A stretch of DNA of 64,000 nt from Melioribacteraceae bacterium (GCA_036733965.1 DAIMZL010000001.1:189484-253483), one strand, 5' to 3'; shown: positions 1 to 9,465, counted from the stretch's first letter. Made by a program: numbers and translations. The notes: generated from the letters alone by a model not told the origin.

Positions 1-1
1 A

Positions 2-580
2 ATCGGTCACTCTACGGCAAGTTATGAAGAAATTGTAAAAGCAATTGATCACGGTGCTATGCATGTAACACATATGTTTAATGCAATGAAGCCTATGCAT
101 CACAGACATCCGAGTTTAATGACTGCCGCATTATTACGTGAAGAATTAAAAATTGAATTAATTGCAGATACTTTTCATGTTCACCCAGCAATGATGGAGT
201 TATTACTTAAATTTAAAACTCCAAAAAATATTGTATTAATAACAGATTCGATTAGAGCAGGCGGAATGCATGAAGGTGAATATCATTTTTCGGATCAAAA
301 AGTATTTCTAAAAGATAACATCGCAACTTTAGCAGACGGTACGTTAGCCGGCAGCACGCTTACACTAAATAGAGCTGTAAAAAACTTAATTGATACTACT
401 GAAGTTAAGATTACAGATGCATTTAGAATGTCTTCATTAAACGGAAGTAAAGTTATAGGAGCCGGTCGAGGGATTTTAGCTGCCGGTAAAATTGCTGATA
501 TTGTAGTCCTAAATGAAAATTTTGATGTCGAAATGACCTTGATTGCAGGCAAAATAAGGTTTAGAAAAAAGTCTAATTAA
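2..580 (+). CDS. nagA: N-acetylglucosamine-6-phosphate deacetylase, C-terminal part (5' end lies outside the window)
   Basis: Frame is open from the window edge (IGHSTASYEEIVKAIDHGAMHVTHMFNAM...HHR). The C-terminal GTLAGSTLTLNRAV and GKIADIVVL segments are typical of NagA-type amidohydrolases. Confidence 0.8.
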   Translation: MGHSTASYEEIVKAIDHGAMHVTHMFNAMKPMHHRHPSLMTAALLREELKIELIADTFHVHPAMMELLLKFKTPKNIVLITDSIRAGGMHEGEYHFSDQKVFLKDNIATLADGTLAGSTLTLNRAVKNLIDTTEVKITDAFRMSSLNGSKVIGAGRGILAAGKIADIVVLNENFDVEMTLIAGKIRFRKKSN

Positions 581-586
581 ATCACT

Positions 587-623
587 GCAACTTATTAATA
601 ATAAAAGAATTAAGTTAAGTTGC
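587..623 (+). terminator. Weak stem-loop after nagA (possible terminator)
   Basis: 8-bp inverted repeat GCAACTTA (587-594) / TAAGTTGC (616-623) just after the nagA stop. The loop is long and AT-rich and there is no clean T-tract, so the call is weak. Confidence 0.25.
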
Positions 624-638
624 TTAAATTAACTATTA

Positions 639-1775
639 ATGATAAATATTCACATTTATAATTTAAAGAATTATTTAAGTGCAAAAAGAGTATCCGCAAA
701 ATATAAAAATATTTTAGCGGAAAAATTCTTTAACAACCATTATGTTCTTGAAATTGAAAATGAAGGTGATGTCGTCTTTAATTATAAATCTGATGACGTA
801 CTTATTATTGAAAAAAACATATTATTGTTTTTTAATATTAGCAGCGAAGTAAAAAAAACAATTTCTTTGCTAAGTGACAACATTCAAAATGTTTGTAATA
901 AATACTGCGACAATTACTTTAGAGCATCGGAAATTGCAGAAAATAAATCAAAAAGTTATGAATTAGGTGTTAAAAGTAAGAATGAATATTTTTCTATTTT
1001 CGGAATTTTAAATGTTACTAAGGATTCATTTTCTGACGGCGGAAAGTATTATGAGTTAGATGATGCAATAAATCATTATCGATATTTAAAGTACTCAGGA
1101 GCCGATATTATCGATATCGGAGGTGAATCAACGCGTCCGGGAGCATTTGAAATAAGCGAGCAGGAAGAATTAGAAAGAACATATCCTTTAATAAAGGAAA
1201 TTTTAAGAGAAAATGCAAATGAAGTTATTTCCATTGATACAACAAAATCAAAAATAGCCGAAAAAGCACTTAAAGCGGGTGCTAAAATTGTTAATGATAT
1301 TAGTGCATTTGAATTTGATAAACAAATGCTTGACGTCTTAAAGGAGTATGATCCGGTTTACGTTTTAATGCATATGAAAGGAACACCGAAAAATATGCAA
1401 GACTCTCCGTTTTACGATGATCCCATAAAAGAAATTATGCAATTTTTCTATAAAAAGATTAATATATTAGAAAAAAATAATATAAAAAAAATTATTTTAG
1501 ACCCAGGAATAGGATTTGGCAAAAGACCTGAAGATAATTTTGAAATTATTAATAGATTGTCAGAATTTTATAGTATTGGATACCCCGTTTTAATTGGATT
1601 ATCCAGAAAACGATTTTTAGGGTTTGCAACCGGTTCGGCCGTATTAAATAGGGATATTGAGACAATTATAATGGAGACTTTAGCAGTGAACAACGGAGCA
1701 CGTTATATAAGAACTCATAATGTTGAAAACTGCAATAAATTAAAAATATTACTTGAAAATTACAATAATAATTAA
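639..1775 (+). CDS. folP: Dihydropteroate synthase with an unassigned ~117-aa N-terminal extension
   Basis: The C-terminal ~260 aa carry pterin-binding DHPS motifs (GILNVTKDSFSDGG, DIGGESTRPG, NDISAF, ILDPGIGFGK). The N-terminal third has no motif I recognise. Confidence 0.85.
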   Translation: MINIHIYNLKNYLSAKRVSAKYKNILAEKFFNNHYVLEIENEGDVVFNYKSDDVLIIEKNILLFFNISSEVKKTISLLSDNIQNVCNKYCDNYFRASEIAENKSKSYELGVKSKNEYFSIFGILNVTKDSFSDGGKYYELDDAINHYRYLKYSGADIIDIGGESTRPGAFEISEQEELERTYPLIKEILRENANEVISIDTTKSKIAEKALKAGAKIVNDISAFEFDKQMLDVLKEYDPVYVLMHMKGTPKNMQDSPFYDDPIKEIMQFFYKKINILEKNNIKKIILDPGIGFGKRPEDNFEIINRLSEFYSIGYPVLIGLSRKRFLGFATGSAVLNRDIETIIMETLAVNNGARYIRTHNVENCNKLKILLENYNNN

Positions 1776-1777
1776 AA

Positions 1778-2575
1778 ATGTTTGAAATATTTAAAATCGG
1801 ATTTTTATCATTTACATTTTTAGACCTAATAGATATTACATTGGTCACTTTGGTAATTTATAAGCTTTATAATTTTATAAAAGGGACTATTGCTCAGCAA
1901 ATATTTTTAGGGTTAATTTTAGTTTTATTGCTATCGTTCATAGCACAGGCAGCAAACTTTAAGGCATTAGGGTGGTTACTTAAGTTAATTACCGATATTT
2001 GGGTAATTGCATTTATTGTTTTGTTTCAACCTGAAATTAGAAGAGTGCTTGTTTTGCTCGGTAGATATCCATTATTGCAAAAATTTGCAAAACCGGATAC
2101 TGAAATGGCTAATATACTAACCGATGCTGCGTTTGAAATGGCTAAAAACCAACACGGGGCTTTAATTGTAGTCGTAAAATCCGTTGGAATTCGTGGTATT
2201 GTAGAAACCGGAGTTTTACTGAATGCAAAACTCGATAGACTTTTATTAAGAAGCATTTTTTATCCTCGCTCGCCCATGCATGATGGTGCAGTGATTGTAA
2301 GAGACGGAATAATTGAAGCAGCTAAATGCACTTTACCTTTAACCAACAGTACTTCAATTGACGGTATAAATCTTGGAATGAGACATAGAGCAGGAGTAGG
2401 TATTTCAGAAACAGCAGATGTTATTAGTATAATTGTATCTGAAGAAACAGGAACAATTTCGGTTGCGGAAGGCGGGAAACTAAAACGAGGATTATCTAAA
2501 GAATCTTTAAGGAATTACTTGGTTAATAGTTTAAGTTTAACTAAAGAAAGAAGCTGGAAAAGTATTTTTGAATAA
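1778..2575 (+). CDS. cdaA: Membrane-anchored diadenylate cyclase (c-di-AMP synthase)
   Basis: Hydrophobic N-terminal helices followed by DAC-domain motifs (GALIVV, MHDGAVIV, RHRAGVGISE, VSEETGTISVA). Starts 2 nt after folP; the folP-cdaA pairing is common in Bacteroidota. Confidence 0.9.
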   Translation: MFEIFKIGFLSFTFLDLIDITLVTLVIYKLYNFIKGTIAQQIFLGLILVLLLSFIAQAANFKALGWLLKLITDIWVIAFIVLFQPEIRRVLVLLGRYPLLQKFAKPDTEMANILTDAAFEMAKNQHGALIVVVKSVGIRGIVETGVLLNAKLDRLLLRSIFYPRSPMHDGAVIVRDGIIEAAKCTLPLTNSTSIDGINLGMRHRAGVGISETADVISIIVSEETGTISVAEGGKLKRGLSKESLRNYLVNSLSLTKERSWKSIFE

Positions 2576-3266
2576 TAAAATAAAAATAGCCGCAGTAATT
2601 CCGTTTTTTAATGAAGCTGGAAAAATTGATAAAGTAGTTACCAAAACATTAAACTACGTCGATTTTGTAGTTTGTGTGGATGACGGGTCAAGCGATAAGT
2701 ACATGAATTCGGTTTTTTATAATAGCAAAGTAATATTATTAAAACACGAAAAGAATTTGGGAAAGGGGAAAGCTTTAAACACGGGAATTAAAAAAGCAAA
2801 AGAAAGTAATTTGGATTACGTGATTTGTTTGGACGGTGATTTACAACATGATCCGGATATGATACCTAAATTTATAAACAGTTTAAATATTGGCGATATA
2901 ATTATCGGTAAAAGAGATTTTGGCTCAAAATCAATGCCTTTTTCAAGAAAACTTAGTAATTTTTTTTCTTCAAAAATTTTAAGTATTTTAACCGGTCAAA
3001 AAATTTTGGATAGTCAAAGCGGTTATAGATTGATTAATATGAAATTATTTGATAATATTGTTATTGAAAGTTTCGGCTTTGAAGCAGAGACTGAAATATT
3101 ACTTAAAGCAGCTTATAACGGTTTTAAAATGGGATTTATTTCTATTCCTACTATTTATACTGAAAATGATGATAGTAAAATTAAAAATATTAATTCCGTT
3201 TTAGGTTTTATTCGAATTATTATTAAGAATTTAAATGGTAGAATTAAAAAAAAGACAAATTATTAA
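2568..3266 (+). CDS. Family 2 glycosyltransferase (polyprenol-phosphate sugar transferase-like)
   Basis: GT-A motifs AAVIPFFNEA, VDDGSSD and LDGDLQHDP. The TTG start overlaps the cdaA stop by 8 nt. Confidence 0.75.
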   Translation: MNNKIKIAAVIPFFNEAGKIDKVVTKTLNYVDFVVCVDDGSSDKYMNSVFYNSKVILLKHEKNLGKGKALNTGIKKAKESNLDYVICLDGDLQHDPDMIPKFINSLNIGDIIIGKRDFGSKSMPFSRKLSNFFSSKILSILTGQKILDSQSGYRLINMKLFDNIVIESFGFEAETEILLKAAYNGFKMGFISIPTIYTENDDSKIKNINSVLGFIRIIIKNLNGRIKKKTNY

Positions 3267-3708
3267 AGGCTTAAAAAATAATTTAAGTTTTAAGAAAGCT
3301 GCTAAAATTATTATTAAAAATAAGTTACTGACTTTAATTAAACTTATTAATAAATTTAACGAAAATGAATCAGTTGAAAATTTACATGATCTTAGAATAG
3401 CTGTAAGAAGATTAAGATACTCGTTTGAACTTTTTTATGATTGTTTTCCTAAAAAAGTGTATTTTGATTTTTATAATATGTTGGAAAATATACAAGATAA
3501 ATTAGGAGATGCGAGAGATTTGGATGTTATGAGTGATAAGCTTAATTACTTTGAAAAAAATTATGGTATATTAATACCGGACAATTTGCATTCCGAAATG
3601 GAAAAAAAACGTAATGAACATCGCACAATGATTAATAAGATATTAAGTGAATTTTTGTCTTCTAAATTAATCCAAAAGTTATTAACAATTAAACGAGGTG
3701 ACAAATGA
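3235..3708 (+). CDS. Short CHAD-domain protein
   Basis: CHAD signature helices LHDLRIAVRRLRYSFELF and LGDARDLDV. At 157 aa it is roughly half a canonical CHAD domain. Overlaps neighbours on both sides. Confidence 0.6.
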   Translation: MVELKKRQIIKGLKNNLSFKKAAKIIIKNKLLTLIKLINKFNENESVENLHDLRIAVRRLRYSFELFYDCFPKKVYFDFYNMLENIQDKLGDARDLDVMSDKLNYFEKNYGILIPDNLHSEMEKKRNEHRTMINKILSEFLSSKLIQKLLTIKRGDK

Positions 3709-4382
3709 AATTAAGATACTTTTCTCATTCTGCATTTCAAATAACGACAGATAAAGGGATTACAATTTTAATTGATCCTTTTTTAGACGGTAATCCTACA
3801 TCGCCGGCTAAATCTGATGAAGTTGACGCGGATTATATAATAATTACTCACGGTCACGGTGATCATCTCGGAGATGCATTTAAAATCGCAAAAAGATGCA
3901 ACTCGACATTTATTTGTGTTGATGAAATAGCAAATTATTGTATCTCAAAAGGCTTCAAAGCTCATAATATGCACATTGGAGGAAGTTATAATTTTGAATT
4001 CGGAAGAGTAAAGTTTACTATTGCCCACCATGGCTCATTAACACCTGACGGACATTATGGGGGATCGCCGGCAGGCGTATTAGTTTTTGCAGATAATAAA
4101 TGTATTTATCATACAGGTGATACGGGACTGTTTTATGATATGAAATTAATCGGCGAACTTAACAAAATTGATTATATGTTATTGCCGATAGGGGATAATT
4201 ACACTATGGGTATTGAAGATGCAGTGAAAGCTGTTGAATTAACTAAACCGATAGTTGCAGTACCCATGCATTATAATACTTTCCCTATTATAAAAGCAAA
4301 TCCGCTTTTGTTTAAAGAGAAAGTCGAAAAACTTAATATAAATTGTAGAGTATTAAATTACGGAGAAGAGATAACTATTTAG
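3705..4382 (+). CDS. UPF0173/YtkL-like metal-dependent hydrolase (MBL fold)
   Basis: DPFLDGNP, THGHGDHLGD and MHIGGS..F.FG.VKFT.A.HGS follow the UPF0173 family pattern. ATGA overlap with the CHAD gene. Confidence 0.8.
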   Translation: MKLRYFSHSAFQITTDKGITILIDPFLDGNPTSPAKSDEVDADYIIITHGHGDHLGDAFKIAKRCNSTFICVDEIANYCISKGFKAHNMHIGGSYNFEFGRVKFTIAHHGSLTPDGHYGGSPAGVLVFADNKCIYHTGDTGLFYDMKLIGELNKIDYMLLPIGDNYTMGIEDAVKAVELTKPIVAVPMHYNTFPIIKANPLLFKEKVEKLNINCRVLNYGEEITI

Positions 4383-4395
4383 TTATTACAGAAAT

Positions 4396-5163
4396 ATGAG
4401 TAAAGTTATAGCAATTGCAAATCAAAAAGGCGGTGTAGGAAAAACTTCTACTGCTATTAATTTAGCAGCATCTTTGGCTGCAGCCGAAAAAAAAATATTA
4501 ATAATAGATATCGATCCTCAGGCAAATTCTACAAGCGGAATTGGTGCAGAACCATGCGATTTGTCGGTTTATGAAGTATTATTGGGATTAAATGATATAA
4601 ATGAAGCTATTGTAAATACATCAATGCCGAATTTGGAAATATTACCGTCTCATATAAACTTGGTGGGTGCTGAAGTAGAAATGGTTTCGGTTGAAAATAG
4701 AGAAAACTTATTAAAGGAAGCTTTGACTAATTTAAAAAAAGAATATGATTTTATCTTAATAGATTGTCCGCCTTCTTTAAGTCTATTAACACTAAATGCT
4801 TTTACTGCTTCCGATTCGGTTCTAATTCCTGTTCAATGCGAGTATTTTGCATTAGAAGGATTGGGACAACTTTTAAATACCGTTAATTTGGTTAAAAAAA
4901 GTTTAAATCCTTCATTGACTGTTGAAGGTGTTTTATTGACTATGTACGATAAAAGAGTTCGACTTTCTAATCAAGTTTATGAAGAAGTAAAACGATTTTT
5001 TGGAAATAAAGTATTTAAGACGGTAATACAACGGAATGTGCGTATTTCTGAAGCACCGAGTCATGCAAAACCGGTTTTATTGTATGATTCTTTGTCTATA
5101 GGAGCACAGAACTATATTTCATTAGCAACAGAAATTATTCAGAATAATCAGAAGACGAGCTAA
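4396..5163 (+). CDS. parA: Chromosome partitioning ATPase ParA/Soj
   Basis: Deviant Walker A NQKGGVGKTS, plus DIDPQANST and LIDCPPSL. Confidence 0.92.
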   Translation: MSKVIAIANQKGGVGKTSTAINLAASLAAAEKKILIIDIDPQANSTSGIGAEPCDLSVYEVLLGLNDINEAIVNTSMPNLEILPSHINLVGAEVEMVSVENRENLLKEALTNLKKEYDFILIDCPPSLSLLTLNAFTASDSVLIPVQCEYFALEGLGQLLNTVNLVKKSLNPSLTVEGVLLTMYDKRVRLSNQVYEEVKRFFGNKVFKTVIQRNVRISEAPSHAKPVLLYDSLSIGAQNYISLATEIIQNNQKTS

Positions 5164-5167
5164 ATAG

Positions 5168-6124
5168 ATGAGTAAATTTAAACCAGGTTTAGGACGTGGG
5201 TTAGATGCTTTAATAAAAACAAGCATTGAAGATAAATATGATGAGCATGAAATTGTTAAATCTTCAGAACAGATAAGTTCTGATGACGGCAAATCAATTG
5301 ATATACTTGTTAAAATTCCGATTTTTAATATTTTACCAAATCCATATCAGCCACGCGTAAATTTTTTACCGGAAGCCTTAGATGATTTAAAGAAATCTAT
5401 TTTAGAAAATGGTTTAATACAGCCCATTACAGTAAGACGTGCCGGAGAAAATAATTATGAGTTAATTTCAGGAGAGCGAAGATTACGGGCTTGTAAAGAA
5501 ATTGGTTTTTCGGAGATTCCTGCATATATAATAGTAGTTGATTCAAAAGAATCAATGATAGCATTAGCTTTAATAGAAAATATACAACGAGAAAAGCTAA
5601 ATGCTATAGAAATAGCACAAGCTTATAAAAGGCTGTTAGAAGAGTGCAACTTAAGTCAAGAAGAGATAGCGAAAAGGGTAGGTAAAGACAGAACTACAAT
5701 CACAAATTTTTTACGACTTTTAAAGTTACCAATTGTAATACAAGAGAGTGTTGCAAAAGAAGAAATATCCGGTGGACATGCGCGAGCTTTGCTTTCGTTG
5801 CCTTCGGAAGCATTGCAAATTGAATTTTTAGGAAAGATAATCAATCAAAATCTTTCAGTTAGAAAACTTGAAAATCTTGTAAAAAAATTTTCTGAGGGAA
5901 CAACAGAAATTAAAATAATTTCTGAAACAAATAATAGAACAAAAGATTTATCTACTTTATCGGCAAGAGACTTAGAAAATAGATTGAGAAATATATTAGG
6001 AACCAAAGTAGAGTGTAGGCAGCTAAAAGACGGGACCGGCAGTATTAATATTGAATTTTATTCGGAAGACGAACTTGAACGATTATTGGAATTATTTGAA
6101 ATTATTGCCCAAAACGGTTATTAA
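5168..6124 (+). CDS. parB: Chromosome partitioning protein ParB/Spo0J
   Basis: PNPYQPR box, CTP-binding box ISGERRLRA and an HTH region. Lies directly downstream of parA. Confidence 0.92.
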   Translation: MSKFKPGLGRGLDALIKTSIEDKYDEHEIVKSSEQISSDDGKSIDILVKIPIFNILPNPYQPRVNFLPEALDDLKKSILENGLIQPITVRRAGENNYELISGERRLRACKEIGFSEIPAYIIVVDSKESMIALALIENIQREKLNAIEIAQAYKRLLEECNLSQEEIAKRVGKDRTTITNFLRLLKLPIVIQESVAKEEISGGHARALLSLPSEALQIEFLGKIINQNLSVRKLENLVKKFSEGTTEIKIISETNNRTKDLSTLSARDLENRLRNILGTKVECRQLKDGTGSINIEFYSEDELERLLELFEIIAQNGY

Positions 6125-6608
6125 TAGTTTTTGCATACTATTATTTATCGCAAATATTGGTTTTTCTCAAACGGAACAAAATTATAATGTAAACGTCCAA
6201 ACAAGTGATACTAATTTTGTGATGTCTAAAGCACCTTGGGGTGCAGTATTACGTAGTGCTATAATACCCGGTTGGGGTCAAATATATAATGAATCTTATT
6301 GGAAAACTCCGATAATTTTAGGACTAACGGGTTATTTTATTTACGGGTGGATTGATAATAATAAATTGTATCAAGATAACAAACGACTATATAATGAAGC
6401 ATTATTATCTAACAGTAATTTAATAAACGGTTATAAAAATAGTAGAGATTTTTATCGAGACCAACGGGATATGTTTATTTTTTATATAGGTCTTACTTAT
6501 TTTCTAAATATGGTTGATGCTTACGTCGATGCTCAAATGTTTGATTTTTCGGTTAGTGAAGATATAGTTACTAACAATAAAATGTTAAATATAAAATTTT
6601 ACTTTTAA
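6051..6608 (+). CDS. DUF5683-like membrane protein
   Basis: The WGAVLRSAIIPGWGQIYN motif and a position right after parB are typical of DUF5683. The ATG at 6051 overlaps parB by 74 nt. An in-frame TTG at 6096 or 6105 (MKLLPKTV... signal-like start) may be the real start. Confidence 0.65.
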   Translation: MNFIRKTNLNDYWNYLKLLPKTVINSFCILLFIANIGFSQTEQNYNVNVQTSDTNFVMSKAPWGAVLRSAIIPGWGQIYNESYWKTPIILGLTGYFIYGWIDNNKLYQDNKRLYNEALLSNSNLINGYKNSRDFYRDQRDMFIFYIGLTYFLNMVDAYVDAQMFDFSVSEDIVTNNKMLNIKFYF

Positions 6609-6609
6609 T

Positions 6610-7314
6610 ATGCAAAATTATTCTGAATGTCCAAATTGTAAAACTCAAAATCCTTTTTATCAATTGGTATGTAAAAATTGCAAAGCGTATGTAAGAGAAA
6701 AGGTTTTTAATATTGATTTTTGGAATACTTTTTGGCATATGTTCGATTCACCAATTAAGTTTTTGCAAAACGTTGTTTTTGCCGACCATAAAAACTTTTT
6801 ATTATTTACACTATTGTTACTTTCGTTTAAATATTCAGTTAACTCATTTCTTTTGACAAATATTTTTAGACCAAAATTGAATTTAACTTCTGATGTATTA
6901 AATAATATGTTTTATTTAATTCTCGGTTTTATTATTATTTTTATATTTTACTCGTTTACTTTAAAATACTTGCTTAAATTATTTAAGGTAGAAACACGGG
7001 TAAAAGATAATTTGGCAGTTTTGGTTTTTAGCCAATCATCAATTTTATTCTCGCTATTTTTTGTGTTTCCCGTTCAGCTTGGTGTTTTCGGTGTTCATTG
7101 GTTTATCTTTAATCCTTCACCCTTAATGATTAAGCAAAATGTTGCATATGCATTATTTATTTTAGAAAGTATTTTATGGGGATGGGGTTTTATACAGATT
7201 ATATTTGCACATTATGTACAAACCAAATCAGTTCTTTTCTCCATTTTGCTTAGTATTATTTTTTATAGCATTATTACTTTGCTATTTTTATTTTTTCCTT
7301 TTATGATCAGTTAA
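6610..7314 (+). CDS. Multi-pass membrane protein with N-terminal zinc ribbon (Yip1-like?)
   Basis: CPNCKTQ..x..CKNCKAY double-CxxC followed by about 5 hydrophobic helices. No family assigned with confidence. Confidence 0.5.
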   Translation: MQNYSECPNCKTQNPFYQLVCKNCKAYVREKVFNIDFWNTFWHMFDSPIKFLQNVVFADHKNFLLFTLLLLSFKYSVNSFLLTNIFRPKLNLTSDVLNNMFYLILGFIIIFIFYSFTLKYLLKLFKVETRVKDNLAVLVFSQSSILFSLFFVFPVQLGVFGVHWFIFNPSPLMIKQNVAYALFILESILWGWGFIQIIFAHYVQTKSVLFSILLSIIFYSIITLLFLFFPFMIS

Positions 7315-8211
7315 AAAGTGATTAATAATTCCGTATCTTAATCCTCTTGTACTTACTATTGTTTTATCGCTATTAAGTTTTTCCAATAGAATATATAAAA
7401 TTATTGCTCCTGTTAAAATTAAATCTTCTCTTCCAATTAAAACTTCACCAAATCTTTGCAGTGCTTCTGCCGGAGTTAAATCTTTTAATTTTGCAATTAA
7501 ATTAAATATTGAAGTTTTTTCTAAAATTGCATTTTCAACATATTCATCTTTGTAAATTTTAATCTCTCTACTCATGCAACTTAATGAAGTAGGAGTTCCC
7601 GCAACTGAAATAATACCATTATTTGCCGGAAATTTAAATGGGAATTGAAATGTATCGTCAATTAACTTTTCCATGTTTTTAACGGCTGTTGCAGTGTAAC
7701 CGTTAGTAAAAAATTGGTCAGTCAAAGTAACAACACCAAGTTTAAAACTTTTTACAAAATTAATTTTATCGGCATCACCAAAAATTATTTCGGTGCTACC
7801 TCCGCCTATATCTATAACAGTATAGTTTTCGTATTTCGGGGCATCTGAAATTGATCCTAAAAACGAAAGATTAGCTTCAACTTCACCGCTAATTATTTCA
7901 ATTTTTAATCCTGTTTTTTCATGGACTTCTTCAATAATTTCAACACTATTCTTGGCACTTCTCATAGCCTGAGTTGCAAACGGAATGATATTAGTACAAT
8001 TGTATTTTTTACAAATATCTTTAAACTCAATTAAAATATTAATTAAAAGTTCAACTTTTTCTGCTAAAATATAACCTGTATTATGTAGATCTTTTCCTAA
8101 TCTTGGCATCCTATAAACATTTAAAAGCGGTTTTACATTACCCAAGTTATCTATTTGTGTAATAAGTAATAAAACAGTATTTGTTCCTATATCAATTGAA
8201 GCAATATTCAT
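7288..8211 (-). CDS. Ppx/GppA-family phosphatase (short form, no HD domain)
   Basis: ASKHA-fold phosphate motifs SIDIGTNTVLLL and IDIGGGSTE. Its 3' end overlaps the convergent gene by 27 nt. Confidence 0.8.
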   Translation of the reverse strand: MNIASIDIGTNTVLLLITQIDNLGNVKPLLNVYRMPRLGKDLHNTGYILAEKVELLINILIEFKDICKKYNCTNIIPFATQAMRSAKNSVEIIEEVHEKTGLKIEIISGEVEANLSFLGSISDAPKYENYTVIDIGGGSTEIIFGDADKINFVKSFKLGVVTLTDQFFTNGYTATAVKNMEKLIDDTFQFPFKFPANNGIISVAGTPTSLSCMSREIKIYKDEYVENAILEKTSIFNLIAKLKDLTPAEALQRFGEVLIGREDLILTGAIILYILLEKLNSDKTIVSTRGLRYGIINHFLTDHKRKK

Positions 8212-8218
8212 AATTTTT

Positions 8219-8761
8219 TTGTATTTTTGTAAAATTAAATATTTAGGATTTAAATTTATGGAAAATTTATCAAAAACGTCAAAATTTATTCTTTTTATAT
8301 CAGTTTTAGCATTTATTGTTTGGAGCGGATCATATGTTTCAAAATTTTTATTAATTTATCAATTCTTTGAACCTGAAATGGATCTGAAACCTGTATTTCA
8401 GAATGTTGATTTTACTCCGATATTCCGAACAATATCTTCAGTATTTACTCTGAATATTATTGCATATCCAATTTATTTTGTGTTTTTAATACTTTTTGTT
8501 ATTTTTTCAAAATTAAGTATTAAAAAAGAAGGTTGGTTGTTTATAATATTAATTTTTACGATTTTAACAGCTCCTTTTGAGTTGCTTTCTCTATATAAGG
8601 ATTTTCAAATCTTAAATTTAATAAATGCAGGAAAATTTGATAACTTGCTCCATTTAACCAAAGAGAAAATAATTGATCAAAGCAGTTTCCCTATTGTTCA
8701 GTTTTTATTTGTAGGAGCAGTAGTATTTTTATCAATATTCAAACCCCTTAGAAAAAAATAA
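8219..8761 (+). CDS. Hypothetical membrane protein
   Basis: Four or more hydrophobic segments. The real start is more likely the ATG at 8258 (MENLSKTSKF), which leaves room for a divergent promoter with ppx. Confidence 0.4.
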   Translation: MYFCKIKYLGFKFMENLSKTSKFILFISVLAFIVWSGSYVSKFLLIYQFFEPEMDLKPVFQNVDFTPIFRTISSVFTLNIIAYPIYFVFLILFVIFSKLSIKKEGWLFIILIFTILTAPFELLSLYKDFQILNLINAGKFDNLLHLTKEKIIDQSSFPIVQFLFVGAVVFLSIFKPLRKK

Positions 8762-9034
8762 ATGAAGATTAAAGAAAAAGAGCTTGAAGACTTATTGAAT
8801 GACCTAAAATCACTTGCTACACAAATGGGTGCAAAAGTTCGTTTTGAAAAAGGTGATTTTAAAGGCGGTTATTGTATATTAAAAGAAAATAAAGTTATTG
8901 TTCTTAATAAAATATCAAACTTGCAAAGGAAAGTTATTACATTAGCGGCAGCTTTAAAAGAGCTTGGATTGGAAGAAGTTTATATCTCTCCAAAATTAAG
9001 GGAATTTATTGACGAAATGGATGAAACGAAATGA
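8762..9034 (+). CDS. Hypothetical 90-aa soluble protein
   Basis: Clean ORF that starts at the stop of the upstream gene and overlaps the aroQ start (ATGA). No motif recognised. Confidence 0.4.
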   Translation: MKIKEKELEDLLNDLKSLATQMGAKVRFEKGDFKGGYCILKENKVIVLNKISNLQRKVITLAAALKELGLEEVYISPKLREFIDEMDETK

Positions 9035-9465
9035 AAATTTTAATAATTAACGGACCTAATTTAAATTTACTTGGAAAAAGAGATAGCTTACAATACGGTC
9101 AATTAACATTAGAAGATATTGAGAAACTTATAAAACAAGAATATAAAAATGATAAAATTGAGTTTTTTCAATCAAATTTAGAAGGGGAGATTGTTCAGGA
9201 AATTCAGAAAGCTCCGAATTATTTTGAAGGTCTAATTATTAACGCCGGAGGATATTCTCATACTTCGGTAGCTATTCGCGATGCATTGGATATTATAAAA
9301 ATACCAAAAATTGAAGTTCATCTTTCTAATTTAGCAGGTCGCGAAGAATTTAGACATACTATGATTACGGCTCCGGTTTGCAACGGATATATTAGCGGTT
9401 TTAAAGAAAAAGGGTATTTAGCAGCTATATATTTACTTAAATTGATTGGAGATAAACATGATTAA
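9031..9465 (+). CDS. aroQ: Type II 3-dehydroquinate dehydratase
   Basis: The MKILIINGPNLNLLGKR N-terminus, GGYSHTSVA and HLSN are class II DHQase signatures. Confidence 0.92.
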   Translation: MKILIINGPNLNLLGKRDSLQYGQLTLEDIEKLIKQEYKNDKIEFFQSNLEGEIVQEIQKAPNYFEGLIINAGGYSHTSVAIRDALDIIKIPKIEVHLSNLAGREEFRHTMITAPVCNGYISGFKEKGYLAAIYLLKLIGDKHD

